Below are positions 36,791-46,424 of a stretch of 64,000 nt of DNA, piece by piece; positions within the stretch are counted from its first letter, which is position 1; every line of letters starts with the position of its first letter. The DNA is taken from NCBI GenBank assembly GCA_017449525.1, contig JAFTFL010000008.1:1864-65863 (forward strand), read 5' to 3'. The stretch is from Bacteroidales bacterium (GTDB lineage: Bacteria; Bacteroidota; Bacteroidia; Bacteroidales; P3). Under the pieces are notes generated by a model, which saw only the letters and a program-made list of their open reading frames with translations, did not search any database and was not told the origin of the DNA. A program made the position numbers and the translations under genes.

Positions 36791-37987
36791 CTATGCCGAA
36801 TGGCCGGTGCTGTTCGGGGGCAGGCTTTGGTGGTGGCGGGTGAGGTGCACTTGGACAAGCATCACCGCGCTGATGGCCACGCCTACCACGTAGGGGGCTG
36901 CGGCGCTGTCGACGGGCAGCACTTGAGCCAGAGGGCTGACGATGAGGGGAGATGTGAATTGGCCGAGGTAGAGGGCGGCCGATAGCAGCGGCATCACCGT
37001 CGTGGCGGCGTTACGCCCTGCCTTGATGCTCGCTATGGTGTTCAGGTAGGGTACTCCTACGCCGTTGGCCACCCCGATAAGGACTGATCCTACGATGAGC
37101 CAGGCCACCGTGCCTCCCCATGCGTAGCAGGCATACCCCAAGGCAAAGCCTATGGGGGCTACGTACTTCAACATTTGGGCCATGCACTTCATCATCGAGC
37201 CGAATGTCAAACCGACGGCGAAGGCTACCACATCGAGTCCCACCATGATGGCCGTCACGGCTTGCGACGAGAGCGAGGTGGTGAGGCGCGCGGTGATGGC
37301 AAAATTGGTGGGGAAGATGAAGAAGATGGTCATCAGCAGCCACATGCCTACCACCGAGGGGTGGAAGCGCATCAGCACTTTGGCTCTTTCGCCCAGCGAC
37401 TTGGAGGCAGGAGCCTCGAGCCGCTCGTTGGGCAAGTAGAGCAGTACCAGCACCACGGCCACCAGTCCGATGAGGTACACCAGAAAGGCGTAGTTCCAAC
37501 CGATGCCGGCCAGCAGTCCTGCCAGCAGGGTGGCTACCACGCCGCCCATTTGGTTCATGGCCGCCGAGAGCCCCATCAGATGCGCCTGCTCTTCGGGCGG
37601 GAAGTAGTAGGACAGCAGACCTGTGGAAAGCGGCATAATCATGCCCACACTCACGCCCAGCAGGGCGCGAAAGGTCAGCACGGTGCCGATGCCCGTTGCG
37701 AAGAAGGCTCCTGCCCCTGTGCCCACATATAGCAGCAAGCCCACCAGAGCCAGCGTGCGCGTACGCATCAGGCAGCACAGCCGTGTGAAAAAGAGGTTGG
37801 TGATGATGATGAACAGGGCCGGCATACTGACGATGAGCTTCACTGCCAGTTCGGGAACATGGCTGAAGTGGTCGCGCACCACGCCTAAGGCCGGTGCCAT
37901 GGCAGCACCCGCCATCACGGTGAGGAGGGAAATGGAGAGGATGGTGGCAGTAAGCCGCCGCAGGGAATTGGATTTTTCTTTCTTCAT
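36791..37987 (-). CDS. MFS transporter
   Basis: 398 aa with about 12 hydrophobic segments and a typical MFS N-terminus. Substrate unknown. Confidence 0.85.
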   Translation of the reverse strand: MKKEKSNSLRRLTATILSISLLTVMAGAAMAPALGVVRDHFSHVPELAVKLIVSMPALFIIITNLFFTRLCCLMRTRTLALVGLLLYVGTGAGAFFATGIGTVLTFRALLGVSVGMIMPLSTGLLSYYFPPEEQAHLMGLSAAMNQMGGVVATLLAGLLAGIGWNYAFLVYLIGLVAVVLVLLYLPNERLEAPASKSLGERAKVLMRFHPSVVGMWLLMTIFFIFPTNFAITARLTTSLSSQAVTAIMVGLDVVAFAVGLTFGSMMKCMAQMLKYVAPIGFALGYACYAWGGTVAWLIVGSVLIGVANGVGVPYLNTIASIKAGRNAATTVMPLLSAALYLGQFTSPLIVSPLAQVLPVDSAAAPYVVGVAISAVMLVQVHLTRHHQSLPPNSTGHSA

Positions 37988-38130
37988 GTGGTTCGTTGTT
38001 ATAGGTTGTACAAAGATAGCAAGCTCGTACGGTTCGAAATCTTCGGATCGCCTACAACAGCCTGTTTTCTGTACACCCGATTGAGTGCCACACTTAAAGT
38101 CTCATCCTCGGTGCCTACGGTTTCAAGGCG

Positions 38131-38138
38131 CAAAGGTA
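38131..38138 (-). promoter_or_regulatory. -7 promoter box (TACCTTTG on the minus strand) for the MFS gene
   Basis: The plus strand reads GCGCAAAGGTACG, 144 nt upstream of the ATG at 37987. Confidence 0.55.
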
Positions 38139-38247
38139 CGAATTTTTTGTGCACCTCGCCTCGCAGGGTGGGTGCACACTGCCTCGACAGGAGGGGCAAT
38201 AACCGCGCCTGTGCCCATGCAGATGCCCTACGGATGATGCCCCCTGT

Positions 38248-38498
38248 GTCGTACGGCACGTGCGCCGAAAGCCAACACTGTTAGGGCTCATGCCGTACGG
38301 CATTGTGTCCGCACAACAAGGTGTACCGCAGGAGGATAGTATGGAAACTCCTCCCGGGCCGTACGACGGCCGACCCCATGCCGTACGGCATCAGCATTCG
38401 TGCTCATGGTCTGCTTCAGTGAAAGGTGAGGAAACAAGGGGGTGGCCACACTGCGCCGTGCAGCGCACGGGTCGCGCCCCATTGGTGGTGCAAAGGTA
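38248..38498 (-). repeat. Promoter-linked GTACGGC palindrome array, copy D (TACCTTTG box at 38491-38498 plus 4 palindromes)
   Basis: GTAC cores lie 105, 127, 193 and 237 nt downstream of the box. Two copies of the 14-nt palindrome ATGCCGTACGGCAT are present. Confidence 0.6.
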
Positions 38499-38674
38499 CG
38501 AAAAAAAGCAGAGTTCTCAGCGGGAAAGTGTCAGCCCCTGTGGCGGCAGCCCGTTTCGCGCAGCACATTGCTCACCGCTCCACGCGCGCGAAACAATAAA
38601 AGGCTCTCAACGGCGTTACCGAGGCACGCTTTCGCAACGTGGCTCGTGTGCCCCGCTGCGTGGCATTGAAAAGC

Positions 38675-40291
38675 ATGAAGAAGAACATCAGGCAGTCGCA
38701 CATCGTATTGATAGTGGCCGTAGCCGTGGCCGCAGGTTTTGCTGCGGGTTCGTTTCTGGCGATGCGCACCCGAGTGGGCATAGGCAGCCCGGTCAGGATG
38801 GCATCAGCCAACGGCGACCGCGGTTTACAGGAAGCCGTAAGTACCATAGCACGCAACTACGTGGACTCCATCAGCCCCGACACACTCGTAACCCTGGCGC
38901 TCGACGGTTTGCTCCATGGCCTTGACCCGCACAGCTCATACGTACCGCCATCGAACCGCAAGGAGACCGAAGAAACCATGATGGGCAACTTCTACGGCAT
39001 AGGTATGCAGATGCACATGGCCCATGACACGTGCTGTGCCGGAGGCATTGTTGCAGGAGGTGGTGCTGAGGCTGCTGGCATGCAGGTGGGCGACCGCATA
39101 CTGATGATAGACGGCGACACTGTGGCCGGCAAGGGAATGTCGACCGACGAAATACGCCACCGCCTGCGCGGCGAACGCGGCACCCGTATTGTGCTCACCG
39201 TGCAACGCTACGGCGAACGCGACACGCGCCAACTGCACGTGCACCGCGACTTAGTGAGAGTGCCCTCGGTGGCCTACAGCGGCATGTTGGACGGCGAGGT
39301 GGGAGTGGTCATGCTGACTGATTTCCACGACGGCACCTACCAGGAGGTGCACAACGCCATTGCTGCCCTCAAGCGCCAAGGCATGACGCATCTGCTGCTC
39401 GACCTGCGCAGCAACGGGGGTGGCCTCATGGACCAGGCCATCAGGATAGCCGACGACTTGCTGCCAGCCGGACGGCTGATTACCTACACCAACGGTAATA
39501 AGCAACCCCGCACCGACTACCGCTCGCACCGCAAAGGCGAGTTCTCGCAGGGCGACATCACTGTGCTCATCGACGAGGGCAGCGCATCGGCCAGCGAGTT
39601 GCTCACTGGGGCCCTGCAGGACAACGACCGCGCCACCGTGGTAGGCCGCCGCTCGTTCGGCAAGGGGCTGGTGCAACATGTGTATCCCCTCTCCAACGGC
39701 GGCTCGCTCATCTTGGCCGTGGCACGCTACTACACACCCTCTGGCCGCTGCATTCAGCGTCCCTACGACAAAGGGGTGGAAAGCTACTATCTGGACCGCA
39801 TGCAGGAGTCGATAGCCGAGGGGTTTGACTCCAGTCTCATAGCCATCACCGACAGCACCCCCTACCTCACGATGCAGGGGCGTACCGTCTATGGCGGTGG
39901 GGGCATCTACCCCGACCACGTCATACCCTACTCGTCCGACACACTGCTGGGACGGGTGCGCAGCTACTGCCGCGCCGCCCACATCGAGGAGTTTGTGTTC
40001 CGCTATGTGGCAGCACATTGGGACGAGCTGAGGAAGACCTACAGTTCGGCCGACGACTTTGTGGCACGCTATCGCACACCCGCCTCGCTGATCGACAGCT
40101 TTGTCGGCCAAGCCTCCGCAGCAGGTCGCAAGCTACCCAGCTCGGCACGCACCCAGCAACTGCTCAGCAGCTATTTGAAGGCCGAGCTGGGGCGTATGCT
40201 CTTCGACATCAGAGCCTACAGCGGCTCCCTGGTGGGATTGGACCCCGACGTGCGCAAGGCATTGGAAATAATTCAAGCACACCATAAGTAA
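38675..40291 (+). CDS. S41 family C-terminal processing peptidase with PDZ domain
   Basis: Start set at MKKNIRQSHIVLIVAVAVAAGF. Contains DLRSNGGGLMDQA and the catalytic GSASASELLTGALQD. Confidence 0.9.
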   Translation: MKKNIRQSHIVLIVAVAVAAGFAAGSFLAMRTRVGIGSPVRMASANGDRGLQEAVSTIARNYVDSISPDTLVTLALDGLLHGLDPHSSYVPPSNRKETEETMMGNFYGIGMQMHMAHDTCCAGGIVAGGGAEAAGMQVGDRILMIDGDTVAGKGMSTDEIRHRLRGERGTRIVLTVQRYGERDTRQLHVHRDLVRVPSVAYSGMLDGEVGVVMLTDFHDGTYQEVHNAIAALKRQGMTHLLLDLRSNGGGLMDQAIRIADDLLPAGRLITYTNGNKQPRTDYRSHRKGEFSQGDITVLIDEGSASASELLTGALQDNDRATVVGRRSFGKGLVQHVYPLSNGGSLILAVARYYTPSGRCIQRPYDKGVESYYLDRMQESIAEGFDSSLIAITDSTPYLTMQGRTVYGGGGIYPDHVIPYSSDTLLGRVRSYCRAAHIEEFVFRYVAAHWDELRKTYSSADDFVARYRTPASLIDSFVGQASAAGRKLPSSARTQQLLSSYLKAELGRMLFDIRAYSGSLVGLDPDVRKALEIIQAHHK

Positions 40292-40333
40292 AATACCAGA
40301 CCATCATCCCAATAAAGCCAACTATCCAGCATT

Positions 40334-41461
40334 ATGAAAAGAACCATTTTCTTCTTACTGGCCACCCTTACACTCGTAGCAGGCGCAGGGTCGGCATGTG
40401 CCCAGCAAGCTACTATGAAGGGCACTTTCAAGGGCATAGCGGACAAGAATGTGCGCCTCGTTGTGCAGCGGCACGACGGCGACAAGGTGGCGGTGGTGGA
40501 CACCGTTAAGTTTGACAAGCACGGCTCCTTCAAGCTGACCCTACCCACCTTCAATCCCACCCTCTACTCGTTGACCCTTACGCAGAAGAACAGCCCCACC
40601 CTCTTCGCACTGCTCAGCGCCAAGGAGAAAACGTCCATAGAGGCTACGTACGACCCCGGAATCAACTATCTACACCTCGACCGTACCCAGGGGTCGGACA
40701 ACCTGGAGGTGTTTGCCCTGTTCAATCGCGCCGTGGGCAGCTTCATAGGCAAGGTGCAACCCCTCGAACGCGAATTTCGCGCCGACAGCACTACCGACAA
40801 CCGTCGCAAGGAGATACAGCAGGAATACCAGCAACTCTTTGTGCGACAGCAGCACACCGTGCGCCAGATTGTGGCGGAGCACCAGAGTACACTCGTTTCG
40901 GCCTTCATATCCACCTTCTTCCTGCAAGACTTTCCAGCCTACGCAGACCTGCTCACGGACGTACGGGATGCGCTCATGCCCCGTTATGCGGACGACTTCT
41001 TTGTGCACGTCATTGACTCGCTGGTAACGGAGAGTTTGGCTCCCGGCCGTTTGGTGGCCGACATTGCGCTGCCCTCCCCCAATGGCGACACGCTGCGGCT
41101 GAGTAGCCTCAAAGGCAGGATAATCATGATAGACTTCTGGGCTTCGTGGTGTCGCCCCTGTAGGATGGAGAACCCCAACGTGGTGAGGGTGTACGACAAG
41201 TACCATGACAAGGGGTTCGAGATATTCAGTGTATCGCTTGACAACAACAAGCAGGCATGGGTGAACGCCATTGCGCAAGACGGTCTGAAGTGGCCGAACC
41301 ACGTCAGCGACCTCGCGGGCTGGGGCTCGTCGGCAGCTGCCCTCTACGGCGTACGCTCTATTCCACACACTATATTGGTGGACCGCCACGGGCGCGTCAT
41401 AGCACGCAACCTGCGCGCCGAGACTTTGGAACAGAAACTTGAAGAGCTGTTTGGACAGTAA
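40334..41461 (+). CDS. TlpA-family thiol-disulfide oxidoreductase (thioredoxin fold) with an N-terminal accessory domain
   Basis: Signal peptide and IMIDFWASWCRPC (CxxC). Confidence 0.9.
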   Translation: MKRTIFFLLATLTLVAGAGSACAQQATMKGTFKGIADKNVRLVVQRHDGDKVAVVDTVKFDKHGSFKLTLPTFNPTLYSLTLTQKNSPTLFALLSAKEKTSIEATYDPGINYLHLDRTQGSDNLEVFALFNRAVGSFIGKVQPLEREFRADSTTDNRRKEIQQEYQQLFVRQQHTVRQIVAEHQSTLVSAFISTFFLQDFPAYADLLTDVRDALMPRYADDFFVHVIDSLVTESLAPGRLVADIALPSPNGDTLRLSSLKGRIIMIDFWASWCRPCRMENPNVVRVYDKYHDKGFEIFSVSLDNNKQAWVNAIAQDGLKWPNHVSDLAGWGSSAAALYGVRSIPHTILVDRHGRVIARNLRAETLEQKLEELFGQ

Positions 41462-41546
41462 GCCGCGCTGCGACGGTCGCCATTGCCAGTGCGCATGACG
41501 GGTCATCAAGGTCGCAGGCAACCCACGTATACACACCTTATATTAT

Positions 41547-41993
41547 ATGTACACCTATCCGTACCCTCGCCCCATGGTTACCGCCGACATGGTGGTGCTG
41601 AACCCCGACCGCAAGGCAGTGCTGCTCGTGCAGCGCGGCCGTGAGCCCTACAAGGGTTGCTGGGCTCTGCCTGGCGGTTTTTTTGACATGGACGACCTCA
41701 GCACGGAGCAGACCGCCCTGCGTGAGTTGCAGGAGGAGACAGGTCTGAGCGGGGTGGAGGATGTGCAACTGCTCACTGTGGCCTCTGCACCTGGGCGCGA
41801 CCCACGCGGGCGTACTTTGAGTGTGGTCTATACGGCCGTAGCTGTGGCAGGCCAGCACGTGAGCGGTGGCGACGATGCGCGTGAGGCGCGCTGGTGGCCA
41901 CTCGAGGCGTTGCCGCCCTTGGCATTCGACCATGACGAGCTGGTGCACTTGGCGCTGCAACGCTTGCTTTCCCCATCCGACACAGTAGAATAA
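41547..41993 (+). CDS. NUDIX hydrolase
   Basis: Nudix box GGFFDMDDLSTEQTALRELQEETGL. Confidence 0.9.
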   Translation: MYTYPYPRPMVTADMVVLNPDRKAVLLVQRGREPYKGCWALPGGFFDMDDLSTEQTALRELQEETGLSGVEDVQLLTVASAPGRDPRGRTLSVVYTAVAVAGQHVSGGDDAREARWWPLEALPPLAFDHDELVHLALQRLLSPSDTVE

Positions 41994-42023
41994 TTCATAG
42001 CAAACATAACGAGAACCATCGTA

Positions 42024-43109
42024 ATGAGCAACATCACCAAGACACAAATCGAAATGGCCTTGTCGCATGTGGACGACCCCGACCTTGGCCAAAGCCTTAC
42101 CTCACTGGGCATGATAGAGAACATCAATGTGGACGGCACCGATGTGAGTTTTGACCTCGTGCTGACGACCGCAGGATGCCCGATGAAACACAAGATGAAG
42201 GACGACTGTATAGAGGCCATACACCGCCTCGTGGACCGCAATGCCAACGTTACGGTGAACCTCACCTCGCGTCCTGCGCCCAAACAGCCTGCTCCCGAAG
42301 AGCTGCTGCCCACCGTGAAGCACACCATACTGGTGGCCTCGGGTAAAGGCGGAGTGGGTAAATCAACGGTGGCCGTCAACCTGGCGCTCTCGTTGGCACA
42401 GACTGGCGCAAAGGTGGCCCTTGTGGATGCCGACATCTACGGCCCTTCGGTCCCAATCATGCTGGGCTTGGAGAATGAGAGTGTGTACGGCATGCAGCGC
42501 GGCGACAAGCAGTATATGCAACCGATGGAGCGCTACGGCATCAAGGTGATGTCGATAGGGCTGTTGGTAGACCCAGACAAGGCACTGGTGTGGCGTGGTC
42601 CAATGGCCAGCAATGCCGTGCGTCAACTCTTCAGCGACACCTGGTGGGACGAGGTGGACTACATGGTGGTGGACATGCCTCCCGGAACGGGCGACATACA
42701 ACTTACCATCGCCCAGTCTTTGCCCGTAACGGGTGCCATCATCGTCAGCACACCGCAACACGTAGCGTTGGCCGACGTGGTGCGTGGTGTGGAGATGTTT
42801 ACCAACCCGGCCATCAACATACCGGTGCTGGGATTTGTGGAGAACATGGCCTACTTCACCCCCGCAGAATTGCCAGACAATAAGTATTACATCTTTGGCA
42901 AGGGTGGGTGCGCCAAGTTGGCTGCCGACTTGGAAATACCTCTACTTGGCGAAGTTCCCCTTGTGCAGCGCATAGCCGAGGGTGGAGATAGCGGTGAGCC
43001 AGTGAGCGTTGTGGGGGCAGAAACCGCACCAGAGCGCGAAGCCTTCGCCACCATTGCAGCCAATACTATCAAGGCCATTTGCAAGCTGGAAGCTGAAAAA
43101 AAAGGCTGA
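42024..43109 (+). CDS. apbC: Mrp/NBP35 family iron-sulfur cluster carrier ATPase
   Basis: N-terminal DUF59-like segment. Deviant Walker A VASGKGGVGKST. CxxC-type region near GFVENMAYF. Confidence 0.9.
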   Translation: MSNITKTQIEMALSHVDDPDLGQSLTSLGMIENINVDGTDVSFDLVLTTAGCPMKHKMKDDCIEAIHRLVDRNANVTVNLTSRPAPKQPAPEELLPTVKHTILVASGKGGVGKSTVAVNLALSLAQTGAKVALVDADIYGPSVPIMLGLENESVYGMQRGDKQYMQPMERYGIKVMSIGLLVDPDKALVWRGPMASNAVRQLFSDTWWDEVDYMVVDMPPGTGDIQLTIAQSLPVTGAIIVSTPQHVALADVVRGVEMFTNPAINIPVLGFVENMAYFTPAELPDNKYYIFGKGGCAKLAADLEIPLLGEVPLVQRIAEGGDSGEPVSVVGAETAPEREAFATIAANTIKAICKLEAEKKG

Positions 43110-43135
43110 GACCGCTTCGATAAATATATAGGATA

Positions 43136-44203
43136 ATGGAGAGGTATTGTGTCATTATGGCGGGGGGCATCGGTAGCCGCTTTTGGCCTCTCAGCACGGA
43201 GGCCTGCCCCAAGCAGTTTATAGACATACTGGGCAAGGGCAAGAGCTTTATACGTGCTACCTTCGAGCGCTTTCGCCCGTTGGTGCCGGATGAGCACTTT
43301 CTGGTCGTAACCAATGCGGCCTACAAGCAGCAGGTGTTGCAGCACCTGCCAGAATTGTCTGAGGAACAGGTGCTCTGCGAACCAATGCGGCGCAACACGG
43401 CCACTTGCATAGCCTATGCGGCTTACCGCATAGCGGAGGGAGAATGTCATGGCAACCGTGCCATGGTCGTAACGCCAGCCGACCACTACGTGACCGACGA
43501 GGACGCCTTTCGAGCCGTGATAGCACGGGGGTTCGACTTCGTGGAAGCGCATCCCGAAGCACTCACAACCATCGGAATATGCCCGACGCGTCCCGAGACA
43601 GGCTACGGCTACATAGAGCAGGGCGCACCCTCGGGGGACAATGCTGCAGTGTGGCGGGTGGCTGCATTCAAGGAGAAACCCGACCACGCCCACGCCATGC
43701 AGTTCCTTGCCGCAGGCAATTACATGTGGAACAGTGGTATATTCCTGTGGTCGGTGCAGGCTTATCAGCGGGCACTGCAACAGTATCTGCCCGCCATGCG
43801 CACCATTTTCCGCACAGGAGACGGCATTTGGAATACCCCCAGCGAACAGCAGTGGCTTGAGACCCATTATCCACAGTGCGAGAACATCAGTGTGGACTAC
43901 GGCATACTGGAGAAGTCGGACAGTTGCTACATGCTGCGAGGCGACTTTGGGTGGAGCGATGTGGGCACGTGGGGCTCGCTCTATGAGCATGCCTCCAAAG
44001 ACGGTTCGGCCAATGCCACTGCAGGCGAGGCTCTTTTGGTGGACAGCAACCGCTGTGTTGTCAACGTAGAGCCTGGCACTCAAGCCATCGTGCAAGGACT
44101 CGACGGTTACCTCGTGGCTATGCGTGGTGGCCAACTCCTTGTATGCTCTCTCCGCGAAGAACAGCACATCAAGGACTGGGTAGCACAGCTCTCCTGTCGA
44201 TAA
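43136..44203 (+). CDS. manC: Mannose-1-phosphate guanylyltransferase (nucleotidyltransferase family)
   Basis: Contains IMAGGIGSRFWPLS and EKPD..A..F...G.Y.WNSGIF. Confidence 0.8.
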   Translation: MERYCVIMAGGIGSRFWPLSTEACPKQFIDILGKGKSFIRATFERFRPLVPDEHFLVVTNAAYKQQVLQHLPELSEEQVLCEPMRRNTATCIAYAAYRIAEGECHGNRAMVVTPADHYVTDEDAFRAVIARGFDFVEAHPEALTTIGICPTRPETGYGYIEQGAPSGDNAAVWRVAAFKEKPDHAHAMQFLAAGNYMWNSGIFLWSVQAYQRALQQYLPAMRTIFRTGDGIWNTPSEQQWLETHYPQCENISVDYGILEKSDSCYMLRGDFGWSDVGTWGSLYEHASKDGSANATAGEALLVDSNRCVVNVEPGTQAIVQGLDGYLVAMRGGQLLVCSLREEQHIKDWVAQLSCR

Positions 44204-44290
44204 ATCAAGTACAGGGAGTCGTAGATAGTGCGGCTGCCAAGCCCACCATCCAAATACTCCGCACCACGGCTGACTGGCACCAGTCTCCTC

Positions 44291-44348
44291 TTTTACTGCA
44301 AGGCCGCTGCGCTGAAACAGCGCAGCGGCCTTGCAGTAAAAGTTTTTT
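44291..44348 (+). terminator. Very long perfect hairpin terminator
   Basis: 24-bp perfect stem TTTTACTGCAAGGCCGCTGCGCTG / CAGCGCAGCGGCCTTGCAGTAAAA with loop AAA, followed by a T7 run. Confidence 0.8.
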
Positions 44349-44743
44349 TGTAGAGTTTTTAAGGTCATTAAGGCCTTCAAGGTCTTCGCGAGAGATGGCC
44401 GCCTCTACTCTTTTGTCCGCTGGGCAACACGGTGCTGAAGTCGTAGACCACGGCTTGCAAGGCTGCGCTGAAAAGCAGGAGCAACCGCAGGGAGAAACGT
44501 AAGGCTTTCTTCGTAAGGGAATAGGTATTCAGCTATAAAAAGGGGCGTAAAACCAAGTGCGGCTGCTGTAGTTGAGCCAGAGAGCATGGGTGTGGTGTGT
44601 ACATATAATAGGTGTGCCGCGCAGGGTTCCCAGTGGGGAACGGCTGCGCGGCACAGTGGCAATCGTCGGTATGGCGCACGCCGCTTGCGCAGCGGCAGTA
44701 GAAAGTATCTATAGTGAGCGCCTCAATGCCATGGGGGCGACGA

Positions 44744-45490
44744 TTATTTGCGCTTGGCCTGGTTGGCTACACTCTGCATTTTGGCGGCAATGGCCTCGGG
44801 GTCGCCGAGGAAGCGGTCAGAAGTGAGCTGCATGCGGTCGTCGAACGTGAAGACGTAGGGCACCGCCGTGGGCAGGTTGAACTTGATGATTTCTTCATTG
44901 GTCATTCCCTTGAGCTCCTTGACGATGGCGCGCAACGAGTTGCCGTGAGCCACCACAAGTAGCGTGTCGTGATGGTTGAAAGCAGGCATAATGCACTCGC
45001 GGTAGTAGGGCATGATGCGCTCGATGGTGTCCTTTAAGCTCTCGGTAAGAGGGATCTGGGCATCAGGAATCTCGTTGTAGCGTGGGTCCATGCGAGGACT
45101 ACGTTCGTCGTGCAGGTCGAGGGCTGGGGGCTGCACATCGAACGAGCGGCGCCACAACAGCACCTGCTCGTCTCCATACTTAGCGGCTGTGTCGGCCTTG
45201 TTGAGCCCCTGAATGGCACCATAACTCTTCTCGTTGAGCCTCCACGATTTCTTGACCGGCAACCAGTCCATGTCCATAGCATCGAGTATCTGGTTCAGCG
45301 TCTTCACAGCCCGTTTCAAATAGGAGGTGAAGCACAACTCGGGGCGGAAGCCCTCGACCTTGAGCAGGCGACCAGCTTCGAAAGCCTCGGCCATGCCAGC
45401 CTCGGTAAGGTCAACATCGGTCCACCCCGTAAAAAGATTCAGTTTATTCCACGCGCTTTCGCCGTGGCGTACAAGAATGAGGTTTTTCAT
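44744..45490 (-). CDS. gpmA: 2,3-bisphosphoglycerate-dependent phosphoglycerate mutase
   Basis: N-terminal LVRHGESAWNKLNLFTGW and later HGNSLRA. Confidence 0.95.
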   Translation of the reverse strand: MKNLILVRHGESAWNKLNLFTGWTDVDLTEAGMAEAFEAGRLLKVEGFRPELCFTSYLKRAVKTLNQILDAMDMDWLPVKKSWRLNEKSYGAIQGLNKADTAAKYGDEQVLLWRRSFDVQPPALDLHDERSPRMDPRYNEIPDAQIPLTESLKDTIERIMPYYRECIMPAFNHHDTLLVVAHGNSLRAIVKELKGMTNEEIIKFNLPTAVPYVFTFDDRMQLTSDRFLGDPEAIAAKMQSVANQAKRK

Positions 45491-46365
45491 TTCGTATGTC
45501 TGTTTTTATGGTCTGCGTCTCGTATGAAAGTGGCCTGCGGTATCTTGCCATTGTACGAAAGCACGATGATGACCGCACCGCCCACGATGAATGGTAGGCT
45601 GAGCCACTGGCCCATGTCAAGGCTCATACCTTGCTCGAAAGCCACCTGCTCCTCCTTGACAAACTCAATGAGGAATCGCACTCCGAAAAGTGCTATAAGC
45701 CACCAGCCGAAGAGTGTACCCGTGCGCAACTGTCCCTGCCGGCGCACATAGGTGGTGAGGCTACCCGCAAAGATAAGCAGGTAGGAAAAAGTCTCGTAGA
45801 GCTGGGTAGGATGTTTGGGCACGGTTTCACCGTTGCGCTCAAAGATGAAGCCCCACGGCAATGAAGTTTGCACGCCGTATATCTCAGAATTCATTAGGTT
45901 TCCCAAACGGATGAAGGCACCGCCCAGCGCGATGACGATGACCAGCCGGTCGATAATCCACCACGGGTTCATGCCGTGCCGACCGTAGAATAGCCACATG
46001 GCCACCAATATACCTATGGCAGCACCGTGGCTGGCCAATCCCTGATAACCAGAGAACACCCAGTGCCCCTGCACACGTTCCATAGGTAGAATCATCTCCA
46101 ACCAATGCTCGGAAGTAAGGTAATACGATGGCTCGTAGAAGAGGCAATGCCCCAATCTTGCCCCAACCAGCACCGATAAAAACATGTAGAGTAGCAGGCT
46201 GTCGAGATACTTTGTGTCCACCTTTTCATAAGTAAACATGCGGTGAATGATATAGTATCCCAAGCCGAACGCCAGCAGAAACCCCAGCGAATACCACCGC
46301 AAACCGAAATGGCCGATGTGGAAGATGATTGGGTCTACGTTCCAGTGAACAAACAGGTCAATCAT
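45487..46365 (-). CDS. lgt: Prolipoprotein diacylglyceryl transferase
   Basis: Contains RWYSLGFLLAF, GARLGHCLFYEP, GAFIRLGNLMNSE and HPTQLYE. ATGA overlap with gpmA. Confidence 0.95.
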   Translation of the reverse strand: MIDLFVHWNVDPIIFHIGHFGLRWYSLGFLLAFGLGYYIIHRMFTYEKVDTKYLDSLLLYMFLSVLVGARLGHCLFYEPSYYLTSEHWLEMILPMERVQGHWVFSGYQGLASHGAAIGILVAMWLFYGRHGMNPWWIIDRLVIVIALGGAFIRLGNLMNSEIYGVQTSLPWGFIFERNGETVPKHPTQLYETFSYLLIFAGSLTTYVRRQGQLRTGTLFGWWLIALFGVRFLIEFVKEEQVAFEQGMSLDMGQWLSLPFIVGGAVIIVLSYNGKIPQATFIRDADHKNRHTK

Positions 46366-46424
46366 AGCGGAACCGACGTTGAGTGGTACAAAAACCGCAG
46401 CAAGGCATCACGGCCACCTTGGGT

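Noticed and set aside
39251-40111. 286-aa minus-strand ORF inside the S41 peptidase gene
   Set aside because: It is an antisense shadow. The plus strand carries PDZ and S41 catalytic motifs.
40670-41536. 288-aa minus-strand ORF antisense to the TlpA-family gene
   Set aside because: It is an antisense shadow. The plus strand carries the WCRPC thioredoxin motif and a signal peptide.
42887-44380. 497-aa minus-strand ORF antisense to manC
   Set aside because: It is an antisense shadow spanning two plus-strand genes and a terminator, and it contains no motifs.
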